Shown here piece after piece: positions 10,901 through 20,666 of a DNA stretch of 64,000 bases; position 1 is the stretch's first letter; each line of letters starts with the position of its first letter. Both the position numbers and the translations under genes were made by a program. This DNA comes from a virus, in IMG/VR virus record IMGVR_UViG_3300045988_106833, positions 12,326 through 76,325 of that record. One strand, given 5' to 3'. The notes beneath the pieces were generated by a model, which saw only the letters and a program-made list of their open reading frames with translations, made no database searches and was not told where the DNA came from.

Positions 10901-13900
10901 GTAAGGCAGTCTATAATTGATAAACTATATACAGGTAATGCCGATCTTCTTACTGCGAGAGAAAAAGATGTGTATGATAAATACAAACAAGATTTTGATG
11001 ATTATGTATCGTCTTTGGGTGACAGTCCCGTTAATCTCATAAAATCATTATCTGAAAAGGCTGATAGGCTTACAAGTCCGAGATCTGTGTATGAGGATAA
11101 TAAAGCTATTATTGATATGGCTAAATCCAATTTAGAACCAGATCAAAGGAAGGAACTTGATGATGCTATTTCTTCGTATGTTGATATAATGAACAGACGG
11201 GATAAAGGGGAGAAGGTTGACGAAGATAAGCTTGCTGATTCGGTATTTACCATAGAAGATCTTGGTCAGGTTGGAAACATCACAGATCTCCTTCCTTATA
11301 TTGAACAAAACAGGATTATTGACAAAGGTCGTATTTCCGAATCTACGTTAAGTAATTTTGGAGAGGATGATGCTAATATAGATTCTCTTGTAAATGAATT
11401 AGACGAATCTGACAATACACCGGGAGCTAACATAGATAGCGTCCAGAATCCAGAGACGTTGATGGTAAGAAGAATCTCCAACGACGGCAATGAAAGGTAT
11501 GAAATTGCCGGTCTTAGAGCCGATAAATTTATATCTTCTATAAAATCATTGGTTCCTATTCAAATAAGCTCTGAAACGAACGCTAATGGAACTAAAAGGT
11601 ATTTCCTTAACATAGGTGGAGAAACGGCTACCGTGATAGAACTGCCTTATCATGCAAGATGGTCTATAGACAAAGAATCGGCTCGTGTTCTTAACCGTTA
11701 CACAGATGTGTCTATTCAGGACGTGGGTAATTCCTATTCTTTGGTTTATAAGCGTCTTGATTCAGATGAGTTGGTTCCGTACAGAACGGGTGTCGGATTC
11801 GGAGAGAATGAAGTAGATAAAATAGATCAGGAAGCATTATCTTCTTTGAAAAAAGGAGATAAGGTTAATCTCGAAATAGATGTAAATGATACCTATAATC
11901 AGTCTCTTTTTGCCGAATACAATGATGCTGTTCAGTCCGGCGATAAAAAAAGAATAGAATCTGCTGAGAATAAACTGGTGTCCAATATGGTTATCAAGGT
12001 CATGAGTGGGAACAGATTCGTTTCTGTTGTAAAAGCTGACACAGGGGGCATAGATGGTATAAGTAAAATAAGAAGAACGGCTTTTAACAAGTGGAAGAAA
12101 GATGCTGGTCGGTCGGCTACCATCAGCGTCGGCACGCATGTTGTTGCCCAGACTCTTCCCGGAAGACCGGTGTTTAACATGAAGGTAAACGGTCAAGGAT
12201 ATGGCCAGGTAGAAAATCTCCCTATTACCGAAAAAGGTGCTGAAAAAGTATCTGATGTAGGATATGTATTAAATGGCAAAGTCGTGCTTAAGAACGGATC
12301 TAAATACACAGGCTTCCCATTTGCTTATTCTATATTAAATGACAAGGGGAATAATTACAAAAATATAAGAGTTCCGGTAGTTGTTATCAAGGGTAAAAAC
12401 GGTCTTAATTATCTTTTCCCGGTTAGTCTACGTTCTGTAGAATCAGAGGAAGGAAAGAAATGGATTTCTTTTATAGATATGCTGCTTGAATCCAGTGGCT
12501 CTGAATTGTTACAGATGGGTCAAGATGATATACAAGATCTTAATGCGTATCTAACCAAGTTAGGTCTTGATCCGGCTTCGTATCAAGTATCGTACTTGAA
12601 TCCTATTTCAGGGCTTAGAAAAGCTCGTGAGGCTATAGAAAAATTATCTACGGTTCCTGATGTTGTTAAGTGGGTAGAAGATGGAAGTAGGAGCGTGAAA
12701 GACATTGTGACGTCTGAAGTAGAATCTGGAATAGATTTTGAAGGTGAGATGTTTGTTGCTCCTAAGATCAGGATCCAGTTTGGTAAATCATCTTCCAGAC
12801 CTAAATCACTTATAGAGGACGATCTTCCTTTCTCTGATGAGGGTAAAACCGTTACTTCTAAGGAAGACGTGGAAGTTTACGAAGAGGAAATGCCAGAGGA
12901 AGGGGTTGTCCGGGAGACTCAGCCGGCGCCACCGGCTCAACCGGCTCCTGCGGCACAAGCTACGCAGTCTTTACCTGGCAAGAAGCGTACCTCCAGGAAA
13001 AACTTCTCTCTTATGTTAAACGAAATAGAATCTCATATAGAAAAAGAAGGATTGCCGCCTTATGCTAATATTTTTGATTTTATAGCAAGGAAGATTGTAG
13101 GAGGTGACTTGAGGTTTCTTCGTGAGAGAGGTAATCCTAAAAGTCTTAAGGAGGAAATGGGATTAGAACCTAAAGGAACAGTAGGTGATAAGATATCCAC
13201 TCCTTCCAAGAAAGGTGGTAAGACTTTAGAAGAATACGTTTCTTGGCTTCGTTCTCAAACAGATCAGGTGGTGGTGGATTATGTTGGGCCAAGATCTGAT
13301 GAACAAATTATATCAGAGTTGAAAAACTTTTTGAAATATATTAATTTTGTTCCGAGTAAGGCTTTGAATTATTCTCTTAGAGTCAATGGCATGGACACCC
13401 TAAAGGAATATGGCACAAAAGAGGAAGTAGAAAAAATGGAATCTGATATCAATAGTTTGGTTTCTAAAGTTTTGCCTACGGTGGATAACCAAACTATAGA
13501 AGATGTTTCTACTGCAATAAAATCAAACAACTTGCCTGCTATATGGGAGCCCGTGGAAAGCCTTAATATGACAAATGAGGAAAAAATAGAGTTTTTGAAT
13601 AACATAGCGGATTTCCTTAGCGGCATACCAAGGTATGATGCTATTGTGGGGTCTATAGAGTCGGAATCAGATAATATTTTAAATGATGGAAAAGAAGGAA
13701 GTGCAGAAGGCGGTGCAGTACGCACTGAGGAGGATGGCGATAAAAAGGGAGATGGAGAAGGCAAAGGACAATCCAGAACAAATGTCGAAGTTAAAGGAAA
13801 TGTCGAATTACCTGGATCTGAAGAAGGAAGAGTAGATAACTATAGGAAGAACGGAGATAAGTTCTCTGACATTGCTGAAGTTACTTTATGGCTACTTAGA

Positions 13901-14611
13901 AGGGTTGCCGGCATAACCTCTATCCCGGAAGGAGAAGAGGTTTATGTAGAGGGAGATGAGGTTAATAGTATTATGACCGATATGGAATCAAGGTATGGTA
14001 TAGACACCATCAATCACTCGCATACGACTAAGGCTATAAGGGATCTTAACGGCGTATCAGGTTATAAAGTAGAATACGGCTTAACCTTTTTGACATACGA
14101 TCCTTTTATTAGAATATTCAATCCAAGGAAAGGATCTAAGGCTGCGAAAGACGAACCTCGTATATCCGAAGAGTCGCTTACTCACATATCAAGGGTGACA
14201 ACCCCTTATTTCTTGTACGGCGGCGATGAAGCATATACGTCTGTTCTGGCTAAGGTAGAACCTATATCAGAGAAGATAATGGCTCGTAATGGCATTAAAT
14301 TTGGTATGAGTGTAACTGAGCTAACCAAATTAGGGTACAAAAAAGCTGGTGGAAACTGGATATACAAATTCTACATGAACTCAGGCGTGTATGATTTATA
14401 TAATATCAGTACCGGAGAAGCGTTTAGGGCAAAACCGGATCTTGGAGTTAAGATAAGTTCCAGAGCATTCATCCGTTCTTTATCTCAATCTGGTAGGAAA
14501 ATACAAAATATGATGAGTAACATGAGCCAGGAAGAGATAGATAGGAATAAGAATCTTGTAGAAGGTTCTGATAATTCGGATTCGATAAATGAGTTAAATA
14601 AGGAGTGTTGA
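7970..14611 (+). CDS. giant protein 3 (2213 aa), unknown function; candidate virion or ejected protein
   Basis: 6.6-kb uninterrupted ORF. The start overlaps the upstream stop. Confidence 0.75.
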   Translation: MADNNIDRYNPAAKTTYEDVARQRKLAEEENYTPATLPETTTPLVPNYMPGEGVYAQPKFPDYASRIAAAEYEEPYIAKEISNSYSEALARNSYRGATPAPPPLNPYGPKVSIRESHQMGNDGVWRTKYPNYIPGINNEDYYARRQSGWSKFWNGVGKFALKSALYGAQGVVSLPDKLINMASEGSYKAALNTNMDKFVGDLDQQIDMLLPHYYKKEVEDYNFGQKLFKDTGNFLWNDVLGNGMSFTVGAMISAYMTGGLGVGSLGNIGAKLGGRIGAKLAARQAANRGIGSLKSVFNDYVRKGVATGRNVGEAAKTMTLLATSAGFESSVEANSFMKQSESDFKDYYRKIYGRDPNAEEMAVFRNSNADVGSAIFAANMGIVGLSNWLLFGKYIGLGGKAIPGLEKKLNKHLFGLGTEVAKPGEMAIKITNPNIGQKIAGNVFNIMKRPVSEGLWEEGSQGAVQNTAEEYVKSRYDNVAMNGAVDVLDAISEGFKKQYTSKEGWTEIGIGAIIGSLFGMREGFFGVKEYSNSQILLERQVNEYNKASSNLNTAALNTLKKSMSLGPQVRSDAQSMTGKELDDAMFEKMSIDNQMGTLEDSAENFRQMVDMMPISEIAEANGMSLEEAKKYKDSIIDNYNNRLSDFRSAQGFAEDLIGDDSKIEFRKYVARNAFLGLQSESRMKDIASVIETLSGQPRVADALSTFSRLSDRARERAMAIRGIRSRIEELESEIEDLATRPRNVDGKDPQAESIQRKTKELEDLRTNYNNSLSELSTLIGKEFSIEELVSKTESVLSSPLSPISSQDVIEAYDTLVAFDDYFNVKSRQEKKFTAKDKAMRSLVNEYRRSLMDYRNMNNFLSKMLDKRFLAEENRGFSKALSSLWSTPYKGDDKVPDFAEPNKVGEYDTDEVVDQAVSEGKISEDEAWTIKAFMHALDKVREDRMKEAEDDIKESPLTESVSDEDYEAAMDNPIMVPAVRQSIIDKLYTGNADLLTAREKDVYDKYKQDFDDYVSSLGDSPVNLIKSLSEKADRLTSPRSVYEDNKAIIDMAKSNLEPDQRKELDDAISSYVDIMNRRDKGEKVDEDKLADSVFTIEDLGQVGNITDLLPYIEQNRIIDKGRISESTLSNFGEDDANIDSLVNELDESDNTPGANIDSVQNPETLMVRRISNDGNERYEIAGLRADKFISSIKSLVPIQISSETNANGTKRYFLNIGGETATVIELPYHARWSIDKESARVLNRYTDVSIQDVGNSYSLVYKRLDSDELVPYRTGVGFGENEVDKIDQEALSSLKKGDKVNLEIDVNDTYNQSLFAEYNDAVQSGDKKRIESAENKLVSNMVIKVMSGNRFVSVVKADTGGIDGISKIRRTAFNKWKKDAGRSATISVGTHVVAQTLPGRPVFNMKVNGQGYGQVENLPITEKGAEKVSDVGYVLNGKVVLKNGSKYTGFPFAYSILNDKGNNYKNIRVPVVVIKGKNGLNYLFPVSLRSVESEEGKKWISFIDMLLESSGSELLQMGQDDIQDLNAYLTKLGLDPASYQVSYLNPISGLRKAREAIEKLSTVPDVVKWVEDGSRSVKDIVTSEVESGIDFEGEMFVAPKIRIQFGKSSSRPKSLIEDDLPFSDEGKTVTSKEDVEVYEEEMPEEGVVRETQPAPPAQPAPAAQATQSLPGKKRTSRKNFSLMLNEIESHIEKEGLPPYANIFDFIARKIVGGDLRFLRERGNPKSLKEEMGLEPKGTVGDKISTPSKKGGKTLEEYVSWLRSQTDQVVVDYVGPRSDEQIISELKNFLKYINFVPSKALNYSLRVNGMDTLKEYGTKEEVEKMESDINSLVSKVLPTVDNQTIEDVSTAIKSNNLPAIWEPVESLNMTNEEKIEFLNNIADFLSGIPRYDAIVGSIESESDNILNDGKEGSAEGGAVRTEEDGDKKGDGEGKGQSRTNVEVKGNVELPGSEEGRVDNYRKNGDKFSDIAEVTLWLLRRVAGITSIPEGEEVYVEGDEVNSIMTDMESRYGIDTINHSHTTKAIRDLNGVSGYKVEYGLTFLTYDPFIRIFNPRKGSKAAKDEPRISEESLTHISRVTTPYFLYGGDEAYTSVLAKVEPISEKIMARNGIKFGMSVTELTKLGYKKAGGNWIYKFYMNSGVYDLYNISTGEAFRAKPDLGVKISSRAFIRSLSQSGRKIQNMMSNMSQEEIDRNKNLVEGSDNSDSINELNKEC

Positions 14612-14613
14612 GT

Positions 14614-15144
14614 ATGAGAAGAAGATTTTTTAATGCTGCGGATAATTTTATGGGAGGATGTTATAATAAGTTATCTAATGAAGATATAAAAAGGCTTGGA
14701 GGAAAAAGACCTTATGTATGTTGGTTTAATAAAATTCATATACATATAGGGCCTGTATTAAAAGATCATGATTCCGATTATAGTTACATAATGTTTAATA
14801 GTGATTGGAATTATGGTGGTTATGACTCTGTGGTTTATCATCATAGCGATAATGGTATTTTTATATTAGGTGGAAACAAAATTGGTAATATAGAAGACCA
14901 TATACAAGATCTAACATATTGGTACGAATATGATCCAAGCATTAATAAAAATTATTGTTATTTTTATTATGAGGCTAATAACAGCGGAAATGCTATCAAG
15001 TTGAATGGTGAGTTTGCTAGTACCTGTACTGTTTTCAACATTCCCAGCTTGGAAGTCTCCACTCTTCGTGATGGCAGTTTGAGTTTTCCGGAGATTTATA
15101 TAGAAGGAGTTTGGGATCCGTCATTGTATAAATCAGTTTTATAA
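14614..15144 (+). CDS. hypothetical protein (176 aa) with an N-terminal MRRRF motif
   Basis: ATG at 14614 preceded by AAGGAG at 14598-14603. The ORF track extended it to a GTG at 14605. Confidence 0.55.
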   Translation: MRRRFFNAADNFMGGCYNKLSNEDIKRLGGKRPYVCWFNKIHIHIGPVLKDHDSDYSYIMFNSDWNYGGYDSVVYHHSDNGIFILGGNKIGNIEDHIQDLTYWYEYDPSINKNYCYFYYEANNSGNAIKLNGEFASTCTVFNIPSLEVSTLRDGSLSFPEIYIEGVWDPSLYKSVL

Positions 15145-15145
15145 T

Positions 15146-15153
15146 TAACTTTG
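15146..15153 (+). promoter_or_regulatory. -7 promoter motif TAacTTTG, 18 nt upstream of the ATG at 15171
   Basis: TAnnTTTG match. Confidence 0.4.
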
Positions 15154-15170
15154 CAAAAAAGTTAATTATT

Positions 15171-17426
15171 ATGGGTGTCAAATGTCAGATAGAAAAGAAG
15201 GAAAATAAAATAGAACGGGTTGAGGCTCCTAACGGTGAGCCTTCCGTTCTTTACGAAAGTGCCTTAAAATTATTAGGAAACAGCGAGCGAGCTCTTCAAG
15301 TATGGGCTAAGGCTTACACCTCTGATTTTTTGTCGTATTATGGTCATTGGAATAATCAGGCTCCAGGGGAGATGTTTAATACCGATCCCAATGGCGAACC
15401 TCTTTTAGAAGATGTGCTGTCGTATATGAAGCGTCAGGCTTATTTTTCCGATCCCTTAACGGCTCAGGATGTTAAGGATGTAAGAGATGTTATGATATCC
15501 AATTCCATATATAGCATACGATCTCTTATTAATAGAGTTAGAAGCTCTTTTTATGTGGATGGTAATCTTATCCTAAATGAAGAAAATCTAAGGAGATCCG
15601 GCTTGTACAATGAGACAGAGATAAGTAGGATATTAGATAATCCTTCTGTACTTAATGAGGTCAGCTCTTTTATGAGGTTATTATTAGACTATTCCAATAA
15701 CGAACACGATCTTGGGAAAGAGTTTTACTTCACAACCGTAGAAAAACCATACGGTCCTGTTGTGTATAAAAATGGCGTCTTCAATAAATTAGGAAAGAGA
15801 GCATCATATAATCCGGCTGAAGTTTACGAGGTTATAAAAAATACAGTAGGAGGTATTAGTGTTGCTTCAGAGTTTGATGCTGCTTTCGAATCTTTATCTG
15901 ATTCATATCCGGAGTTAGTTGAAAGATATCAGTCGGATAAGAGTTTTGCCTTGTCGCTGTTCAACGAATTTTCGAATATGAACATCGTTCCGGTTGTGGC
16001 TTTAGAAGATAATGATATCGCAGAAGGGAAGAGACGGTCATTATCAAAGTTGCAAGATTATGCTTATTACAGCCCTATTGGATCTGAGTCATTACGAGCT
16101 CGTATATCAGCCTTTCTAAACAGGGTTAATGCTGATACAGAAGAAGACCTTAGAAGTATGATATGGGACGTAGAAGAGGCTTGTGTAGGTCTTGGTATAG
16201 ATATCGTAGGCGTGTCTAAGGCATATGACGGAACAGAAGAATCGCTGAATAAAATTGATAGCTTGATGCTGGATCTTGATATTTATGTAGCAAGGCGCAA
16301 CGATGATACTTATGCTCCTACCTTAGCTTCTGCTATTGATGACGTTCTTGGAGATAGCAGGGATCGTCGTGTTATGTTTTTGCCAGAGTATATGGATAAT
16401 ATGAATATAGTTTATATGGAATCTGACATAGATCCGGTATCGGCATTTGAAAATCATTCTCTGCTTTATCTTGGTGGAAACCTATATCATAAGGTAGAAA
16501 GAGATAATTTAAGTGATTTGTACGATATGGCTGCTGAGCTTGCCAAGCAGAGTCTAACTTATTTTCCACCTGGCATCTATCCAGAATATTGTTTTAAAGA
16601 TGGTGTTTTAGATAAGCTCCGCGTGAAAAACGTAGATAGTAAGGCCCTTGCTGATTCTATTAAAAAATACGTCCTGTCTTATACCGATTCTCAGAATACG
16701 GAAGAGATGAATGCTACTAGATTGGCGTTCGGTCATCTTGTTATTCCTGGAAGCCCGTATGTTAATGAAGAACGGGAGTTTAGCCGATACATAAACAGAA
16801 AGCAGGACAAAGAGAATCCTTTACTCTTATTCGATTTATACCAATCTTATCTTGAAAATAAGCTTCATAATACGGAAGTGTACGAAGGAGCATACAAGTA
16901 TCTTGATTTCAAACCAGATCATTTGCTGGGTCTTACCGTTTCGGATCCGGATACGTTAAAACAAATTGAACTATCTTTGGCAGGTAATGATCGTGAGCAG
17001 TTATTTGAGTATAGCATGAGCAGTACCGATCCTTCTTTTACAGATCTGTTCTATTTGGATTATTATGATATGTTATATGCCGGTTCTGATTTCTATCACG
17101 ATCTTTTTACGAAACATCCGTATCTGTTAAATGAGGTTCGTAATCATAACATAACCGAACAGGATGGCAATGTTGTTGTTGAAGGTATGTATGATGGCTT
17201 TATCAGAATAAGAAATACGGTCTTCACTAAAATTGGCGAAAGTAGTTCCGGCTCTATCTACCAAAATCTGACAGGAACCGAATCGGAGGTGAAATACGAT
17301 TCTACTCAGAAGGCTAAGACGGTAGAAACCGATTACGCTCCATACCAAAACAGATCTGGCCTGACGCAAGATATGATCGTAAGCAAGTCTGAATTGGATG
17401 ATCTTAACAAATTAGAATGCAGGTAA
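15171..17426 (+). CDS. large protein (751 aa), unknown function
   Basis: Long ORF with its own promoter motif. Confidence 0.7.
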   Translation: MGVKCQIEKKENKIERVEAPNGEPSVLYESALKLLGNSERALQVWAKAYTSDFLSYYGHWNNQAPGEMFNTDPNGEPLLEDVLSYMKRQAYFSDPLTAQDVKDVRDVMISNSIYSIRSLINRVRSSFYVDGNLILNEENLRRSGLYNETEISRILDNPSVLNEVSSFMRLLLDYSNNEHDLGKEFYFTTVEKPYGPVVYKNGVFNKLGKRASYNPAEVYEVIKNTVGGISVASEFDAAFESLSDSYPELVERYQSDKSFALSLFNEFSNMNIVPVVALEDNDIAEGKRRSLSKLQDYAYYSPIGSESLRARISAFLNRVNADTEEDLRSMIWDVEEACVGLGIDIVGVSKAYDGTEESLNKIDSLMLDLDIYVARRNDDTYAPTLASAIDDVLGDSRDRRVMFLPEYMDNMNIVYMESDIDPVSAFENHSLLYLGGNLYHKVERDNLSDLYDMAAELAKQSLTYFPPGIYPEYCFKDGVLDKLRVKNVDSKALADSIKKYVLSYTDSQNTEEMNATRLAFGHLVIPGSPYVNEEREFSRYINRKQDKENPLLLFDLYQSYLENKLHNTEVYEGAYKYLDFKPDHLLGLTVSDPDTLKQIELSLAGNDREQLFEYSMSSTDPSFTDLFYLDYYDMLYAGSDFYHDLFTKHPYLLNEVRNHNITEQDGNVVVEGMYDGFIRIRNTVFTKIGESSSGSIYQNLTGTESEVKYDSTQKAKTVETDYAPYQNRSGLTQDMIVSKSELDDLNKLECR

Positions 17427-17468
17427 TTTTTGTACATATATATAGTTTTTTCATAGTTATAATTTGGG

Positions 17469-17498
17469 AAGTGAGGCTTGTGAAAGTCTCACTTTTCT
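17469..17498 (+). terminator. 7-bp stem hairpin (aagtgag/ctcactt) followed by ttctc...
   Basis: Inverted repeat 43 nt after the stop of the 751-aa gene. Confidence 0.3.
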
Positions 17499-17566
17499 CA
17501 TATATGTACGTATATCAATAACATACAAGAAAAGTTAGATTTTCATTGTTTATGAATTATTTTTAT

Positions 17567-17574
17567 TAAGTTTG
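17567..17574 (+). promoter_or_regulatory. -7 promoter motif TAagTTTG inside a 680-nt non-coding island
   Basis: TAnnTTTG match, upstream of the small ORF at 17649. Confidence 0.35.
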
Positions 17575-17648
17575 CAATATTAGTTTCAGGAAGGGATTAT
17601 GGAAATAAGGAAAAAGTAAGAACCGAACGTAACTAATAACAGTAGGAA

Positions 17649-17846
17649 ATGAGAATCAGTACCATCAAACGTAACAACAGCATTCATCTTATGTATAAAA
17701 ACATTATGAATGATTTAGGTCAATTAAGAACTGTAGTTTCAAAATCCTATATTTATAATCTGATACAAAATCAAACCGGATTAAGTATCAGAACTATATC
17801 CCATGTCTTGAATCACACAAAAGAACAGGATACAGATTCTTTGTGA
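17649..17846 (+). CDS. small putative helix-turn-helix DNA-binding protein (65 aa, or 51 aa from M15)
   Basis: The segment NLIQNQTGLSIRTISHVLNH resembles a classic HTH (compare the TISRVLN-type recognition helix). Sits between a promoter motif and a GC-rich hairpin. Confidence 0.4.
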   Translation: MRISTIKRNNSIHLMYKNIMNDLGQLRTVVSKSYIYNLIQNQTGLSIRTISHVLNHTKEQDTDSL

Positions 17847-17920
17847 AAAGCATACATTTTCATACATTTGTGTGTTCTTTAGTTTTTAGATTTAAGTTTT
17901 TCATGGTATTAGTTTAGAGA

Positions 17921-17956
17921 TCAGGGCTCGCAGTGATGCGGGCCCTGGTTTGATTT
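17921..17956 (+). terminator. GC-rich hairpin (cagggc...gccctg) followed by gtttgattt
   Basis: Read directly from the sequence. Confidence 0.35.
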
Positions 17957-18126
17957 AAAAAGTATTAAAATATTTGCTATTTAAAATCCTGTTCCTATCT
18001 TTGCTCCAGAAACAATGAACAACGAGATCCCACCTCTGGTTGTTTGATGTTGAAAGATATTTTTGGCTCATTAGGGTTTGTCATAGTGGGATCTGACATT
18101 CTCTTTTGGGCCTATTTTTTTTTATC

Positions 18127-19011
18127 ATGGATAAAGTTTCTGTTTTTGAAAGTTCGGATTTTGGAGAGCTTAGAATTATTGTAGATCCAAAAGGAGATGT
18201 TTGGTTTGTGGCGTCAGATGTGGCTAAATCTCTTGGATATATAAATGCTAAAGATGCGGTAAAAAGACATGTAGATGATGATGATTCTATGCTTTTGCAA
18301 GTATCTGATAATCAATGGGGCGTAAAACGATCTATATTGAAAACCAGATATATAGATAGTATAAGAATAATTAATGAATCTGGTTTATATTCTCTTATAT
18401 TATCTTCAAAATTAGAGTCTGCTAAGAGATTTAAGAAATGGGTAACATCTGAGGTTCTTCCTTCTATTCGTAAAACAGGAGAATATAAAACAAGTTCCGG
18501 TGGAAAGGGAATTTTGGTCCCTGACTTTTCTAATCCGGCAGATGCAGCAAGAGCCTGGGCTGATCAATATGAAGCTGCTCAAAAAGCTATAGCCGAAAAG
18601 TCGCAGGCAGAGGCAGAGAAGCAACAAGCTTTGAAAACAATAGAAGAACACAAGCCCGATGTAGAATTTGCCGAGTCTTTTAGGAAAGTAGACCATAACA
18701 ATATGTGGCTGATTCGTGATATTGCAAAGAAGTTAGAGCAAAATGGTGTTATTATTGCTGAAAAGAATCTTCGCTCATTCCTTGAAGAAGCTAAATTCAT
18801 GTTTAGGAACGGTCTTGGCAAATGGGAGCTATATAGCAATGTTGTAGTTAAAGGGTATGGAGTGTATAGGTCTTATTTCATAGATAAGTATTCTGGTGAT
18901 AGAATCAATCAACAAACCATATACATGACAGGCTCCGGATATGAAGTGACCTTAAATGGTATAAAAGGAAAACTCAAAAATGTGTTTCTAAAATATGGCA
19001 AGTTTGCTTAA
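18127..19011 (+). CDS. Bro-N domain protein (phage antirepressor-like), 295 aa from the ATG at 18127
   Basis: The N-terminal VFESSDFGELRIIVDPKGDVWFVASDVAKSLGY matches the Bro-N consensus. The ORF track started it at a TTG at 18106. Confidence 0.75.
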   Translation: MDKVSVFESSDFGELRIIVDPKGDVWFVASDVAKSLGYINAKDAVKRHVDDDDSMLLQVSDNQWGVKRSILKTRYIDSIRIINESGLYSLILSSKLESAKRFKKWVTSEVLPSIRKTGEYKTSSGGKGILVPDFSNPADAARAWADQYEAAQKAIAEKSQAEAEKQQALKTIEEHKPDVEFAESFRKVDHNNMWLIRDIAKKLEQNGVIIAEKNLRSFLEEAKFMFRNGLGKWELYSNVVVKGYGVYRSYFIDKYSGDRINQQTIYMTGSGYEVTLNGIKGKLKNVFLKYGKFA

Positions 19012-19186
19012 GTTTATTTACAGGTGGTGTTTTGAAAGAATAAAAAACACTACCTTTTTTGTTTCTGTTTTTGCTGAAAATATTTCTCTTCTATAAGAAA
19101 TAAACACACCTATATTCCACCTTACAATCATGAACTTTGTTACGTGCTTCATGCACGTATGTTTAACAATTAAATACTATAAAATT

Positions 19187-20194
19187 ATGGGTGGTGATAA
19201 AATCGTCCTTTTAGATGGAGCCGGGGCTAACGGTGGTGGTGCAGCCACTAACGGTCTTCTTTCAATGATTCCCGGCATGTTTGCTAATTTGATAGGTGGT
19301 AATAAAATGGATCCGAATCTGGTGGCGGCTTTGATGAACGGTCGTAACAACCAGGACGGTTTCGGTGGGGCTAACGGTTGGTGGCTCTGGATAATTGTTT
19401 TGTTCTGGCTGTGGGGTGGACGCGGCTTCGGTAACGGTTTTGGAAATGGCGGTGATTGTTGTGCCAATGGTTTGCCGGCTCAGTTGAATAACGATTACGG
19501 TCGTGAACTTTTGATGCAGGCAATTCAAGGTAATCGTAGCGCCATAGATCAGATTGCTTCTGCTTTGAACTGTTCTACTACTCAACTTCAAAACGCTATC
19601 TGCAACGTACAGGGTGCTATTGATAAAGTAGCTGGTCAGGTAGGTATGACTTCTCAGGCTGTTATCAACGCAGTTCAACAACAAGGTTGTGAAATAGGAA
19701 ATCAAATCAGCTCTTGCTGCTGCAATTTGAGTTCGTTGATCAATCAAAGCACTTGCCAGACTCAGGGAATGATTACTCAGCAAGGTTTTGATAACCAGCT
19801 TCGCACGTTGGAACAAACCAATATCTTGCAGAACGGTCTCAACCAAGGTCTGGCTAACAATCGTGAGCAAGCTACAAGCCAATTCAATATCTTGTCTGCG
19901 AAACTTGACGCCCAAACCGTTATGATCAACGACAAATTCTGTCAGTTGGAAATGAGGGAGATGCAGAACACTATTGCTCAACTTCGTGAAGAAAAAGCGG
20001 CTTTGACAGCTTCGGCATTATCTCAGCAACAAACCCAGAATATCGTTGGTCAATTACGCCCGACGGCCGTCCCGGCCTACCCCTCTTGTTCTCCTTACCA
20101 GGCTTATACTTGGGGACAGGTATTCGGAGGAGGTTGCTGTAATAACGGATGCGGATGTAACAACGGATGTTGCAATAACAACGCTGCTGTCTGA
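19187..20194 (+). CDS. Gly-rich / Trp-rich single-TM / Gln-rich coiled-coil / C-terminal Cys-cluster protein (335 aa from M20), unknown family
   Basis: N-terminal GAGANGGGAATNG and GFGNGFGNGG repeats. One hydrophobic helix GWWLWIIVLFWLWGG. C-terminus GGGCCNNGCGCNNGCCNNN. GC is about 48% against a window average of about 35%. Confidence 0.6.
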   Translation: MGGDKIVLLDGAGANGGGAATNGLLSMIPGMFANLIGGNKMDPNLVAALMNGRNNQDGFGGANGWWLWIIVLFWLWGGRGFGNGFGNGGDCCANGLPAQLNNDYGRELLMQAIQGNRSAIDQIASALNCSTTQLQNAICNVQGAIDKVAGQVGMTSQAVINAVQQQGCEIGNQISSCCCNLSSLINQSTCQTQGMITQQGFDNQLRTLEQTNILQNGLNQGLANNREQATSQFNILSAKLDAQTVMINDKFCQLEMREMQNTIAQLREEKAALTASALSQQQTQNIVGQLRPTAVPAYPSCSPYQAYTWGQVFGGGCCNNGCGCNNGCCNNNAAV

Positions 20195-20217
20195 TTTTAT
20201 TAAGAAAGGAGGCTAAT

Positions 20218-20631
20218 ATGGCTTGTGTTTCTAAAATAGGATCGTTGTATGAGATGGTTACGAAGAATGTTATTGTCAGTACGACAAATACAGTCTTCGG
20301 TATTAACCCACGGGCCTGGATCGCCCTTCCGTGTGAGGGTCTTATCCTTCTTAAGATAAGGCAAGTAGTCCCCACAGCCGGAAGTGCTCTACCGGTACAG
20401 ATTGCGGTCCCGGCAAACAGCACAGTTTCAACAGTAGGAGCCGACACCTGTTGCCCTGTTACGGGAGTGAATGTCGTGAACCCTATTAACGTAGCTGTCA
20501 CGGGTGCTGCTATGGTAAATGGCACAGAACGCCTTCTGTACTTCAATAAAGTTCGTGGCGTGTTAAGATTAATGGATTGTTGTGTTCCGACAACAACAGC
20601 CCAGGCGTCTGAAGTTAAAGCAGGTAAATGA
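20218..20631 (+). CDS. hypothetical protein (137 aa) with paired Cys (TCCPV, DCCVP), second gene of the GC-elevated cassette
   Basis: Strong SD AAGGAGG 8 nt upstream. Followed by a perfect intrinsic terminator. Confidence 0.6.
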   Translation: MACVSKIGSLYEMVTKNVIVSTTNTVFGINPRAWIALPCEGLILLKIRQVVPTAGSALPVQIAVPANSTVSTVGADTCCPVTGVNVVNPINVAVTGAAMVNGTERLLYFNKVRGVLRLMDCCVPTTTAQASEVKAGK

Positions 20632-20638
20632 TTTCAGT

Positions 20639-20666
20639 AGGGTGATGAAGATCATCACCCTATTTT
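20639..20666 (+). terminator. rho-independent terminator: 10-bp perfect stem (agggtgatga/tcatcaccct), 3-nt loop, then ATTTT
   Basis: Read directly. It lies 8 nt after the stop at 20631. Confidence 0.7.

Noticed and set aside
19177-19981. Long antisense ORFs (96 and 239 aa) opposite the Gly/Cys-rich gene. Similar shadow ORFs occur at 4454..4942, 13369..13764 and 6546..6896.
   Set aside because: They lie entirely inside longer sense-strand genes with coherent operon context. The high GC and repetitive composition of the sense genes suppresses stop codons on the opposite strand.
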